Source of the DNA: Cycas panzhihuaensis | Lineage: Eukaryota > Plantae > Cycadophyta | Assembly (NCBI GenBank): GCA_023213395.1 | Contig: CM041465.1 | Location: 44,647,741-44,711,740, forward strand | Direction of reading: 5' to 3' | DNA: 64,000 nt | Shown here: positions 11,401 through 23,559 of the stretch, in pieces | Layout of the letters: each line of letters begins with the position of its first letter | Position numbering within the stretch: the first letter of the stretch is position 1 | The notes under the pieces: model-generated | Told to the model about the DNA's origin: nothing | What the model saw: only the letters and a program-made list of their open reading frames with translations | The model's database searches: none | Translations under genes and position numbers: made by a program

Positions 11401-14400
11401 TATACCGAGCTCCTGATATCGAAGGGTTAGGGAGTGGTCCCATTATATCTGAGTGTACAAGCTCCAGCTTCTCCTTGGCTCTCTAGGCGTTATCTCGAGC
11501 AAAAGGGTAGCGGTGATGCTTGCCATACATACACCCTTCGCAAACACCATCTGAGTAGGAAACTGACGGCAATCCTTCCATCATCTTCAACCTCTTCAGT
11601 AGTGCAATGCTCCTGTAATTAAGATGTCCAAGGCGATTGTACCACAGTTTACTCACTTCATCCGCGCTGGCAACAAAGGCATATGACTTCTTTTGAGATT
11701 GAAAAATTTCAAACACCCAAAAGTTGTCCTTGACTTTCCCAGTAGCAACGACAACAAAGTTCTGCTTTGGATCCTTAATCAGGCATTTATCATTGTAGAG
11801 CTCCACCTTCATGCCTTGTTTGCAGATTTCTCGGGTTGAAAGAAGGTTCAACTGCATCTTGGGTACACAATATACCTTGGTAAACGTACCTCCTGCAATG
11901 GATACTTCGCCGATACCTTCCACGAGCAAGATGCGAGCATCTCCAAGGACAATTTCAACACCACTCTGATTTTCAGTGATCGTATCAAAGTTTTGCCTCT
12001 GATAAGAGATATGCTTCTGTGCTCCAGAGTCAAGCACCCAATAATCTCTCCGATTTGACTTGGCTGATAAGGTCTGTGCTTTGACGCAATGAGCAACAAT
12101 GCTCTTCCCTTTATCATTCTGGTAACTTTGTGCTTGTCACGACGCTTGAACCAACAGTTCTTCTCGCGGTGACCTTCCTTCTTGAAGCAATTGCATTTTT
12201 TGTTGAACTTCCTTTTGTCTTGTGAACTTTCTCTTGACCTCTGTGTAATCTTCTCTTCCTTAGTGACCTCCTTCCTCTAAGTTTTCATGGCTAGGGCCTG
12301 ACATGAATTAGAACCTCCAAGCATTTCGTGATGTTCAAGCTTGGCATCCTCTGCTAGAATTAGGTTTTTAAGCCTACCAAACGTTTCTGCTTCCATCACT
12401 TCGTCTCTACCATAAATGGTCTAGAAAGTGGCGAATGCAGTCGGTAGCTTCGACATGATTATTGTGAATAGTAAGGCATCATCGATCGAGTTCTGCTTCA
12501 GTTCTTCTAGCTCGTTCTTCAAGTTTGTTATTTTATTAAGTTAGGAGTTGATGTTGTTCTCATCTTCCACACGCGAACTGAGCAACTCCAACATCAGGGC
12601 AAGGCGTCTATTCATCTTCTTCTTCCCAAATGTATCACACAGTTTTGTCCATATTTCGTCTGGTTCGTCCAAATTGTGAACCAAGGCTCTCTGGTTCGGC
12701 GTCAGTGACAGTTTCAACAGTCCCACGGCCATAAATTTTTTCTCTTCGAGACAAACACACTCTTTATGGTCTAGTGGAATCGCGTCCACCTTCGCCTTAG
12801 TGATACCCCATAGTTGATTCACCATGAGAATGAGCTCCATATTAGCCTTCCACTCACTGAAATTGTTAATGTTGAAGATAACCTTGGGCATAATGCTCTT
12901 CATCTTGAGAAACGGGCTTCAATATGAACTAAACGACACTAAAAACAAATGTCTTCAGGACAAAAAATGCATCCGTGTCCTCCTCTAGCTCAAGCGCATG
13001 TTTCAGAGGGCACCAAACACCAACTATACATGCGTTGAGCGAGTCACCGACTTTTTTTCCTCACAAATGGCGAACAAAACATCCTTAACTAACCTTTAAA
13101 AAGTCAAAAAATGACCCTTAAGGCACTTAAAAATGGTGCTCCAAGTACAAAGGACGGCTTGACAGGGTATAAATGCACGGTCTCCAAGTCAAAACACCGA
13201 AAGTTTTCCTCGATCCGTGCTCAAAACAGCTCAAGGATGCTCTAAATACAATACACTATGCAATATTTTTTTTATAGATCAATGGTATTAAGGTCACTTT
13301 TTATAATCTTTCATTTAGGGGAATATGCTAAAAGGCATATTCCTAAAAAGTGCGACTTTTAATAAACTCTATGCCTTTTAATCTTAGACCTACGTGCCTC
13401 AAATCAAATGAAAGTAAGATTTAATCTTTCCAAAGTTTGAACTTTGGACAAAAGATAAATCAACGTGATATATTGGATGTCCATGGGATTTGCAATAGCC
13501 AGACATGGAGCGAGACAGCCGGGAATGAGTGCCTCATAGACTGACCAATGGGCGTTGGATGCGGGTCTCCACACGCTCGAATAGCAGGTAAGTAGCCCGA
13601 ACAGAGATAAGCATGCGCCAAAGACCCTCGACTACCGCAAATAAGTGCCTAGCCAACACAAACTAGTGCTCAACGGGTGAGAAAAGCGCCCAGCCACAAT
13701 ACAGAGTACTCGCCCAACCTTAATACAACTATATCAAGCTTAACTCATGTACACACCTCTCCAAAACAATGCATAATCAGCCCAACTATCTCTCAACTTA
13801 CAGATACCGGCTCAATAAGTGCATATAGAGGAGATATAAGGTCACACTTCCCAATTACAAAGCACTACAATTCAAAAAATACATCGGATGATACTTTATA
13901 CTGCTATATATGTAGTCTAATCCCAATATAGAGGGCTGAAAATGTTCCAAATTGGCTCCAATCTCTCCCTTATATAGACTAGATATAGGTACATCTAGAA
14001 AAACTCATTTTTTTGAATTTTCTAGTGTTTTGGATGGGTAAATAATTGACTTACTTGTGTACTTAGATGGCTGTCCTTATAGTTGCCGAATCACCATCAA
14101 TACGTGCTCAACTGGCTTGAATCATTGCAACAAATCATCTACTGGCTTCGAATGATCCTCAACAAGCCAACTCCAACCACAACTGTGGCCTTTACGCCTG
14201 AATATTGATTCCAATAAACCCTTATGCTCCGTTGAATAGTGATTTTCACTGCTTCAACCACCGCCGCTTTCACATGCTCGCTTCGACGTTGCTGGAGTTG
14301 ATGGACCCGCAAGACAAGTCCTAGGTTTGACGGCTTCACCCGACAACCAACGATCTCATCACTCCGCTTAACGTTAGGCTTCAGCTGTGTAGGACCCTAC

Positions 14401-14769
14401 GGCTCTAATACCATATTCGGGAACATGAAATCATACACAAATATTCCCCTTTGCAGAATCTTTAACCATACACAATAAGCAAACAAGAGTACACACAGAA
14501 AACAAATGCACAGTAGAAAGGATTTACGTGGGAAAACCCTTTCGGGAAAAAATCCACCACAAAAGGATCCTTGATGGATCACATTGATTATTGCACAATT
14601 GATTTATACATTGAATACACAAGGGCTTAAGGCATTTATATTCTTCCAAGAGGTATCACCCGATTACGGTTGTGACCCTTCGAATAACTCGTAACTTTTC
14701 GCTTAATGACCTTAGTTAAACCACATTAACATTAACTTAGTGGCTTAACAAACAACTGCCATGTTAACA
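8489..14769 (-). mobile_element. Ty1/copia element D, full length, nested in C
   Basis: LTRs 8489-8844 and 14414-14769. TSD AAGTT/GAGTT (1 mismatch). PBS reverse complement at 14402-14413, PPT reverse complement from 8845. Confidence 0.93.
8960..12903 (-). pseudogene. copia gag-PR-INT-RT-RH polyprotein of D with stops/frameshifts
   Basis: ORFs 12541-12903 (gag), 11483-12037 (LDSGA protease, GAG-pre-integrase), 10832-11443 (rve), 10185-10427 and 9733-9984 (YVDD), 9085-9642 (RNase H). Confidence 0.93.
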
Positions 14770-14919
14770 GAGTTGCCCGTTATTATATATCTATTGTTGT
14801 GTATTGATTTTGGTGGTTGATATATTTTGATATATGATATCATATATATAAAGTCATAGCCATATGATATTTATCAAAGTCGCATCCTCTTGATATCAAA
14901 ATTTGCCTTATGTTGTGAT

Positions 14920-14921
<2 letters not shown>

Positions 14922-14958
<37 letters not shown>
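14922..14958. repeat. (AT)n microsatellite
   Basis: Direct reading. Confidence 0.95.
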
Positions 14959-14960
<2 letters not shown>

Positions 14961-17894
14961 CGCCTTTGATAATGTTAGTGCCCTAAGTTGCCGTGAATGA
15001 AGTTTTTCCTATTGATTTTATTCAATAGTCAAAGTCATCATGAGATCAAGTGGTTAGACATTGGGTTACTTATTTTATTAAAGTGGCATAAATAAGGCAT
15101 TTTTGATATGATATGGTGTTAGTGCATTTTTTCATAAATAAAAAGGAATGTGAGTAAGACTTTGATTTTTTGTGGCAATATGAGGCAGTGATTTGATGAT
15201 GAAGTATATGAGGCAGAGTGGGCAATATGAGGCAACGATATACTTTCTTGCATGTGATTACATGAGAGAGCTTAATGGGCAAAAAGGGGTGTGATTAATG
15301 GGCGAGAGCTATCAACGTCAGTGTTGTGTTTCATTGATTGACAGAAGGGCGAGAAAGGGCGAATTTCATGGAGATACCGAGCTAGAGGGCGGAGCAAGCA
15401 ATGTTATGTAGTATTAATCATTGCGCATTCATCAATAAAGGTGTGGTTTATCTATTATAAAGTGATGGTATTTTATTTAGTTATATCAGTGTTTTTACAT
15501 GAAATGTTAATGGTGAAGAGTTTAGAATTGTTGTTTATTGGCCTGTTTGTATAAGTGGTTATCAGTTTGTGGTGGACTGTTATACTTTGGGTGGTTGAAC
15601 TGAGTGCCTATTCGATGCTGGTTCAATGTTTGTTCATATCTGAACAAGTCTGATGTAGATCTGATAATGTGTTTATGATGAAATTGAAATGTGAATGGAA
15701 AGATGTATGACGAGATGATTTAAAATCAATTCTACCTTTGTCATGGTATAAAACGAGAGTTGGTTATCCCTTGTACCCTGTTAGATTGTGTTGCAGGTAA
15801 AGAATGATACCATTATGCAAATGTGGAGGTGTTTGGTACATGCTAAGAGTTTGCCTCCCATGTTCTGGGCAGAAGCTATTGGACAACCGTTTTATGAGGC
15901 GCTTCCTAGGACTATTTATGGCATATCCCTTGGAATTGTGTTGGACCAACCATAAACCTTCCATTGATCATTTGAGGTGCATTAGAGTAGACACATCTTA
16001 GACGTAGATCGCAGCAGCAAGATCATAAGAGTTTGATTTGTAGAGGGTTTGAAACAAAGTTTACAAACTGCATGATTTGTAGGGGGAAAACATTGTGATT
16101 AGTCTAGATGTCAAGCTGAAAAGTTATTGATGTATCATGCTAAAGTGTCATTTGAATATGGGTTTTGTCCTTCATTTCTTCACCTTTTTAAGCCATGGTT
16201 CAACAGATATAGAGGTTTGTGTACCTAACATTGTGTTTGAGATGAAAGCAGGATCTAGTGGGAGCATTGATAAGGAGCCATAGTATGAAGGGGTACCGAT
16301 TGAAACCTCATGTTTCATTGTGGGCTAGGAGGACCTTTGAGGACTTTAATGAGATGGTTGAAGACCTAAAGGATGATTGTTAAACAAGGATCAACATGCT
16401 AGTCAAGCTTGTGATAGACACCAACATTCTAGCGAGAGGAAGATTCGTAATGGAGAGCTGCATTGATGGAGGAGATACATGTGGGATTTGGTTCCCTTAC
16501 CTCTTGTAAAGAACTTGGTCAATTTGCAAGTTGGCAAGACTTGATGCGCAAGATTTCATTGTAGGAAGAAGGAATCAGGTATGGGGAGATATTTGCACCA
16601 TTCTCTATGTTATTTACGGTCCTATTGATCCTTACTTTGGCAACTTCATATAGTTGGGAGTCACATCATGTCAGCATTCCTTAATGGAGACTTGAAGAGG
16701 AGAATCACATGGCTCAACCTCTTGGTTAGTCAAGGAAAATGGCTGAGTATTATGGACTAAGTGTCGGTGCGAGAGGAGTTGTATGGTTGCAGGGACTATT
16801 GGAGCACTTCCAAAGAATCACGCACATACGAGGCATAGCACCATTACTTCTGAGAGCATATTAGATCAGGAAAGATGTAGGTTGAGTCTTGTCCAAGTGA
16901 AGATCAACTTGAGGACGTGTTCACCAAGCTCTTACTGAAGATCGCTTCATCAATGTTCATGCATATTTGGGATTCAATGAAGTTATCTGATCTGAATTTT
17001 GAATGGGAAAGTGAAGACTTAAACCAATTGAAACAAAATCCAAAACAATTTACAATAATATTACATATAATTTGAAGATATGTTGAATTTTCTTACAAAA
17101 CTCCTTTTGTTTGTGCTCTATTGAGCATGCAAAGGACTGCTACAACGAGTTGGGAGAATAGAACGGAGTGGTGGGCGTTTGTTGAGCTGCCGTATGTTTT
17201 TTTGGAACCTTTGCCTTTGAAGTTTGCAAAGCGTTTTTGGTTGCCGTTAACCAACAATATTCTTTCTTGGTGAAGAAACCTGCTAGCGTCTCTTTCTTGG
17301 ACTGCTGCCATCTGCCTCTTCTTCCCTACCGCAACTTCAATCTTTCGGGCTCCTTCACGATCCACACAACGGATTTTGTGTGTTGTTCCATTGTTTTTCC
17401 GTTGTTTTTCCTCTCTACGCAGAATTTTAGATGTTGGAGCCGTTCTCTCTTTTTGGAAAGCGATTTTAAACAACTCTCCTCGAATCTTGCTCCGTACTGC
17501 GTCTAGGGCTGCAGTGTCCTCTTTTCTGCAGAAAATCTCTGTTTTCCGTGCCCAGATCTTCACCATTTTAAACCCTATAATGCGTTTTACTTTGCACGGG
17601 TTTTCTGTTTTTCCATTTTCCAACGGATTCCAAAACGGCTTACGAAATCTTGGTAAAATCCTTTTAATTCGGAGATTTTTCTTCTTAAACGTGTAGAAGA
17701 CACGTGTGAGAAGTTCCTCCTCGAATTTCGTGCGAAACAGACTTAATTTGCGCTGCCAAAATCGCTGCTGTTTTTATTATTTTTCCGTTTTTCACGTTTT
17801 CAGGTAGCGATTCACTGCAGAAGCACCGGGTAGCGATGGCAAGACTGCGTAGCATCTAGTTGCACTTGTAGAAGTACATTTTTTTAAATTTTTT

Positions 17895-17974
17895 AAGCCT
17901 TTTTAAGGCATTTTTCTACTAAATGAAGACCATTAAGCCTCTTTAAGGCATTTTTCTAGTAAATGAAGACCATA
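17895..17974 (+). repeat. 40-bp tandem duplication
   Basis: AAGCCT(T/C)TTTAAGGCATTTTTCTA(C/G)TAAATGAAGACCAT occurs twice. Confidence 0.85.
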
Positions 17975-18454
17975 AACATGAAAAACAAAGTATTTTAAGA
18001 GTATTATAAACTTAAAGATCCGAAAACGGATCATTATCCTTGAGGGGGCATCTATCGACAAGGATAAAGTGATAGACAAATCCTTGGAAAGACTTCAAGA
18101 CCCCACATTTACATTAAGAGGGGATGTTAGAGTGACCTTATGTCACTTATTGACTAATGTTAATGTGGATATATTATGCAGATAATGTTGATGTATTATT
18201 GTAATGTATTGGGCCGACGAATGTAAACTCAATATTAATTATTTGAGGCACTCTTATGATCTATAAATATAGATCAAAGTCCATTGTAATGTTACACACA
18301 ATAGATTTGTAAAAATGTAATTATATTATTTATGTGGTGGGTTTTTCTCGAAAGGGTTCCCAAGTCAAATTTCTCTGTCTCGTGTGCTAATTCTATTCGA
18401 GTCTATTGTGTTGATAAATGATTTTGTAATATTGTTTGTCTATTAGTGTTTTCT

Positions 18455-20030
18455 ATTATTATATACAACAATTCAACTTCATTATCAAATACAAAAAAGG
18501 AGCATCTAATAAAGTAGCAGACTTCCTCAACTGCCCTCCAACATTAGCATTCACCACACTGTTGAACAATCATATTATCTCCTATGCAGACTAGAGAAAT
18601 CTTTACCATATAGATCCTCAATTTCAACCTATTATGTAGGCACTGGCACATCCAACAACTACCGATCTGGAACCATACTTGGATTGCTACATCAAGGATG
18701 ACTTATTGTATAGACTCAACAAGCTCTGCGTACCTACCAGCGGACCTTGACAACAACTTCTTAAAGAAGCACATTCATCCTTATACAACAGTCATTTTGG
18801 GACTCAAAAGACACTCCAACATTTGCAACGATACTTTTACTGGCCATCCATGAAGAAAATGGTCAATGCATACATTCGACGATGCTCCCTATGCAGTGAA
18901 TTTAAGCTAGCCAATAGGAATCTCATCCTTTATTATTAGCCATTACTGGTCTCGACACGACCCTAGGAATCAATTTCAATGGATTTCCTCAGCAGATTTC
19001 CCACCACACAACATGGCAATAACTACATCTTTGTTATTGTATATTGATTTTAAAAAATGGTCATATTCATACCATGTAAAAAGGAAATCTCTGCCTCACA
19101 AGCTGCCACACTATTTTTCCAACATGACTGGACCCACTTTGGATTACCACTTTCTATCATTTCAGACAGGGATAGCCATTTTCCGAGTCACTTCTGGCAA
19201 TCCTTATGGAAGATGCTCGGATGTCAGCTCGAGTTTTCTATATCATTCCATCCACAAATAGATGGTCAGAGTGAAGTGGTTAACAAAACGCTAGTTCAAG
19301 CCCTCAGAATTTCTCAACATCACAATAAACAATGGGATGTGCACCTCCACCATGTTCAACATAGCTACAATTGAGCAATCCATTGATCGATAGGACATTC
19401 TCCATTTGCAGCTTGCTATGGCTATCATCCCCTAGCTCCATACGAAATTCCTTTAGCATTACCATCTCTAGTCACAAAGCATGAAGACAAAGAACAACAA
19501 AAGGCCACCAGTTTCATCGAGCATCTTTCGTGTCTACACACATTAGTCCAATAGATACTCTGTAAAACTTAGGAAAATTACAAGACTCAACATGATCAAC
19601 ATCGAGTTTCAACTAGTTTCAACATCGGTGATACAGTTTGGCTCCAGTTGGATAGACGACGATTCAAACACCAGCACAAGCTCAAACCTATAAGGTTTGG
19701 ACCTTATACCATTTTTCAACAAGTTGGCCCTAATGCTTATTGGCTTGACTTACTTGCACATTTAGGTATTCACAATGTCGTAAACATTAACCAATTAAAA
19801 TTGTGTGAGCCATCACAATTAGAGGTTGAACCCTCTCCCACACATCCCTCAAATACAATTCTTGACTTTCAACCACCACTGTAAGAGGATATTTTGCTAG
19901 ACACTAGACAATGGTGCACCGACAGTAGCTCATCACCACTTACATTGTTGGCAGGAAAGGAACTCGACCCACACAAGCCAATTGGATTTGTGAAACAAAC
20001 TTCTCCACAATTTTCTCCATGTTCAGCAGA
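18455..20030 (+). pseudogene. RNase H tail and integrase of element B
   Basis: YIQQFNFIIKYKKGASNKVADFL; zinc-binding H-H-C-C region; ISDRDSHF; FHPQIDGQSEVVN; KLKPIRFGPY. Confidence 0.9.
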
Positions 20031-20394
20031 AATTGGGGACAATTTCTTCCTAGCAAGGAGGAACTAATGAGTAGTTATTATTCTTTATTCTTTCCTATTT
20101 CTTCATTGTTCCTATATACAAATAATAGGGAACGCATGGATGACAAATGTCCATCGTGCAGAACCCTCACTCATGTATTTATACTACAATGAATCAATGA
20201 AATAGGACAATGAAGTCTTGCATTCTTTTCTTTGTTCTCTTTATTTTGCTCACCTCTTGATGGTTATACATCATGATATCAACCCTCAATGAATGGTCTT
20301 AAGGACGATTCAGACTACATCGGAATGGTCACGAAATGGTGGTAGAATGACAGACGGTTCTTGGAATGGGATTGTGCTTAAGAACCAAGCGTAA

Positions 20395-21407
20395 TGTTGT
20401 ACAAATGTATGGATGTACCCAACCAACATTAATTATTGTTAATTAAGGCTTTGTGTTATGAATGGTCAAGAGTCATGTTATAAAAATTGTACCCTTTTGG
20501 GTTTTGGTCATGTAAAAGTGTATAAAAGGGTCATTTCTCCCATTAGTTCAATGGTGAGAGTCGAACAATTGAGTCTTGTAATATGCTCTCAAGGGTGAGA
20601 ACCAGGGAAAGAAAATGATGTAATGTTCTATTTAGTAATGCAAATAGAATATATGAGTTATGAGGAAATAAGTGTACATTTTGTGTGCAAAAAATGCAAT
20701 CAAGGTAGATTTCTAGATTTGGGAGTATGATCCAGCTTGGAAAATGCAACCAAAGGTACAATCAAGAGCTTTATTGTAGTTGGAAGTGCAATTAACAACT
20801 TGATCGTAGTTGGAGGTCCAATCAGAGGTGTGATCCAAGTTTTAATCGCAATTTAGGTACAATCAAAGGTATGATCTGAACCCTGATCGCAGTAGTTCAT
20901 GTACGACCCAAGGTATGACCGAAATGTCGATTGCAGTTGTAAGTTCGACCAGAACTGTGACCAGTTATTTGATTGTAGTTCAAGTGTGATCTGGAGTACG
21001 ATAAGCAACCTGATCGCAATTTAAACTGCAACTAAAGACTTGGAAAATCACTTGATTGTATTTTAACATGTGATTAAATAGGTCAACAAAGGGTTAATTG
21101 ATAGTTCAGTTACAACAGAATGTATTCTTCTTATATAAGTAAAGATTGCATGTATGATATTGATGTATTTAGTAGTATAGAATTTCTATCTTCTTGCTGT
21201 AATGACTCATTGCTATACCTTTGTAACAACTTCCATATTGTATTGTTTAGGATTGCATTTGGTTGTGAGAGGACCAGACATAGTGCCCTCTTGGAATAAA
21301 AAGTTTGGTTTGCATTCCCAGATTGATGTGTGTATCTTGATGTTTGTGCTTGCTTTATCTACATGAATGGTTGGTAAACAGTATGCATACGTAGCGCGAC
21401 ACACACA
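20395..21407 (+). repeat. Probable 3' LTR of element J containing degenerate internal tandem repeats (~20700-21070)
   Basis: TG...ACACACA ends, a TATA-like TATAAAAGG at 20521, and a 3' end homologous to 46290-46443. The 5' boundary is uncertain. Confidence 0.5.
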
Positions 21408-23559
21408 TCTATGTGTTTGATATTAATTGCCTTAGTATGATGATCGATATGTTGCTTATATGAGAATATTATAAGTTATCATATGTGTGAAAGTTAACTA
21501 AGTGCAACCAATGTCAAGAAGGTGAAGACGACACAAAACAAATACGTTATCGTGTGGTTTTTGGGTGCTGTTGGGCCAAGTATATATCAATAATGGTTAA
21601 CTTGAAATGCCCTGCCAACTTCTTTAGTAATTTTAGCTAACACTTATATGTGTGCTTAATTGCAGGTCTTTTTTTCTATTGATATTTTTATTTTGCAAGT
21701 TTGGTTGGTTTTTTCATTACTAGTTTGGTTTGTTGGAACTACTCCTTTTTAGTTAGAGGTGTTGGGAAAGCTTGATTTTGTGTTGGGTTTTCTCTTTCTG
21801 GTCACTTCTTGTTCAATAATTTACAGTGTGTATTTTCTAGGATTTTTAATACCATAGTGGCTAACTTTGAAGATATTAGTATTAATGTGCAATCCTTGGA
21901 ATCTTGGTTTGGTAGGCTAGACATTTGGATAGATGAACGTTGCCTTTTAATCGATTTGCATAAAGGCAACCTACTATCCAATGGCCAAACTCTAAAGTAC
22001 ATATATACCAACTTAATGGCATCTTCATTTGAAGTGATCCATTTGAATTCGTTGTATTATATACTAATATATTATTATTATGATTGCAACCTTTGCCTTT
22101 AGAGGGATTTACCTTGCTGTTGTGTTAGTATTCCATTGTGTTGTGTATGCACATTCTAATATAGGTGGTGACTCAATACACTAGTTGTTCCAAGGCTACT
22201 CATTCATGCAACTGTCATGTGTCATCTTCAAGTTGGTCTTCGTTGTCTCCTCATGGCCTTTGATTTGTTCTTTAGTGTCTTTAACATCTTCAATGCCTTG
22301 ATTGCTACATGTTAGGTCTCATGTACATATTGCAAATGGAAGCATTCACAAGAGCATACTCACATACATCACATTGCACATATATTTCCACATAATTCTT
22401 ATATTCATTAGACAATGATGATGTACAATGCTTTAAGCTACCTTGGTTTGGGTATGCTCGAGTATGTTAGCTCTCACACTAGAGAGTATGACTTGTGATC
22501 AAGTGATTAAAGTCTCACACTAGAAAGGATGGCCTATTATCAAGTGACTCAACACTCACTCAAAGAATGATATGGAATGCACTATTTATGCCCCAAAGGT
22601 GGCCAAAACACTAAAAGGTGCAACCTTTATTTATGTCCTTTGACCTTTTATAATATACTATCATTATTACAAAATACACTTGTTATCCATCGTGATGCTT
22701 TAGATTTCTGTACAATTGTATGGACACACTGTACGGTTTTTGTTGTAGCCATTTGCTTTTCCACTGACTATTTTTGGATTGTGCCATGTGTTCCCTCCTG
22801 ACCATTTTACTTTTCTCTTCCAAGCATTCCGCCCTTCTCTTCTAAGTGTTCCACCATTTTGACTATATTTTGAATTCCATTGTTCCTTGCAACTATCTCG
22901 AGCATTTGCGAAGAGTTGATTTCTAGTGCTTGAACTATTCCAATAGTTCTTGCAAACGTTCTTGAGTAGTTTTCCATTGTTGTTTGTTGTTTCCACCTAT
23001 TGGATTCCAAGTGTTCGTGCGCATGACTTGTTGCATACATCTCTCTAATGGTTCAAAATCATCGAGCATTCTTGCTCAAAATCCTCCAAAAGTGTCCCAC
23101 GATGCGAAAATTGTCAAAATTTTTATTTTTTACATGCGATTACTCCCCTCCTCCTTTTCTCTTGAGTTGCCCTTGTAGTTCAATGACTTGTGCTTGCTTG
23201 GCCGCCAAGTTACGTTGTAACTCTTGCATAACTTCCTCTTGTTTAGCAATTTGTTATGCCATTTCTTCTTTGAACTTTGTCAAACATTCAACTTCCATGT
23301 TTTTGGTTGTAACAGACCAGTTATGTTATTGGAAATTGGAGCAAAGTAGAAGAGCACACATTGAAACAATTAAGAGTCAAATAAATGAATAATATTGATT
23401 GAATGAAGATTGATGATATATATTACAGTTAGGGTTAATTTTATATGCATATTGTCCCCTTTCACAACGGTTATGTCTTTTTAGTGACACCCCTTCGTTA
23501 ACAATGATTAATTAACCCCTTTTAAAGAGGTTCATAACAATTCCTCCCTCTTAAGATGT

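Larger units (their letters stand above)
7148..18454 (+). mobile_element. Non-autonomous copia-derived element C (truncated 5' LTR 7148-7397, 3' LTR 18125-18454) inserted in element B
   Basis: 7148-7397 matches 18208-18454. PBS TGGTATCAGAGC at 7398, PPT AAGAGGGGA at 18116-18124. Heavily deleted INT/RT/RH relics at ~15560-16990. No TSD found. Confidence 0.8.
4646..20273 (+). mobile_element. Ty3/gypsy element B, CRM (centromeric retrotransposon)-like, with nested insertions
   Basis: LTRs 4646-4884 and 20065-20273. TSD TGATA at 4641-4645 and 20274-20278. PBS TGGTATCAGGGC at ~4889, PPT before 20065. The protease region has the CRM-type signature IIDNGS...LPTKPHPRPY.LG...CDVTPM...LFLGRPYQYD. Confidence 0.9.
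2489..21407 (+). mobile_element. Old Athila-like Ty3/gypsy element J, 3' half (integrase C-terminus, 3' extra ORF, probable 3' LTR ~20395-21407), interrupted by 4646-20273
   Basis: 2489-2620 reads approximately LKMC*.GPYVIQRIFPNALVQLKELD...MVNGSRVKPYH (GPY/F module). The GAATGG-repeat region continues across the 4646-20273 insertion. 21250-21407 is homologous to the LTR end at 46290-46443. Confidence 0.65.

Noticed and set aside
21408-22140. Possible LTR or host sequence between elements J and I
   Set aside because: No termini, PBS/PPT, partner repeat or coding motif could be identified, so it is left unannotated.
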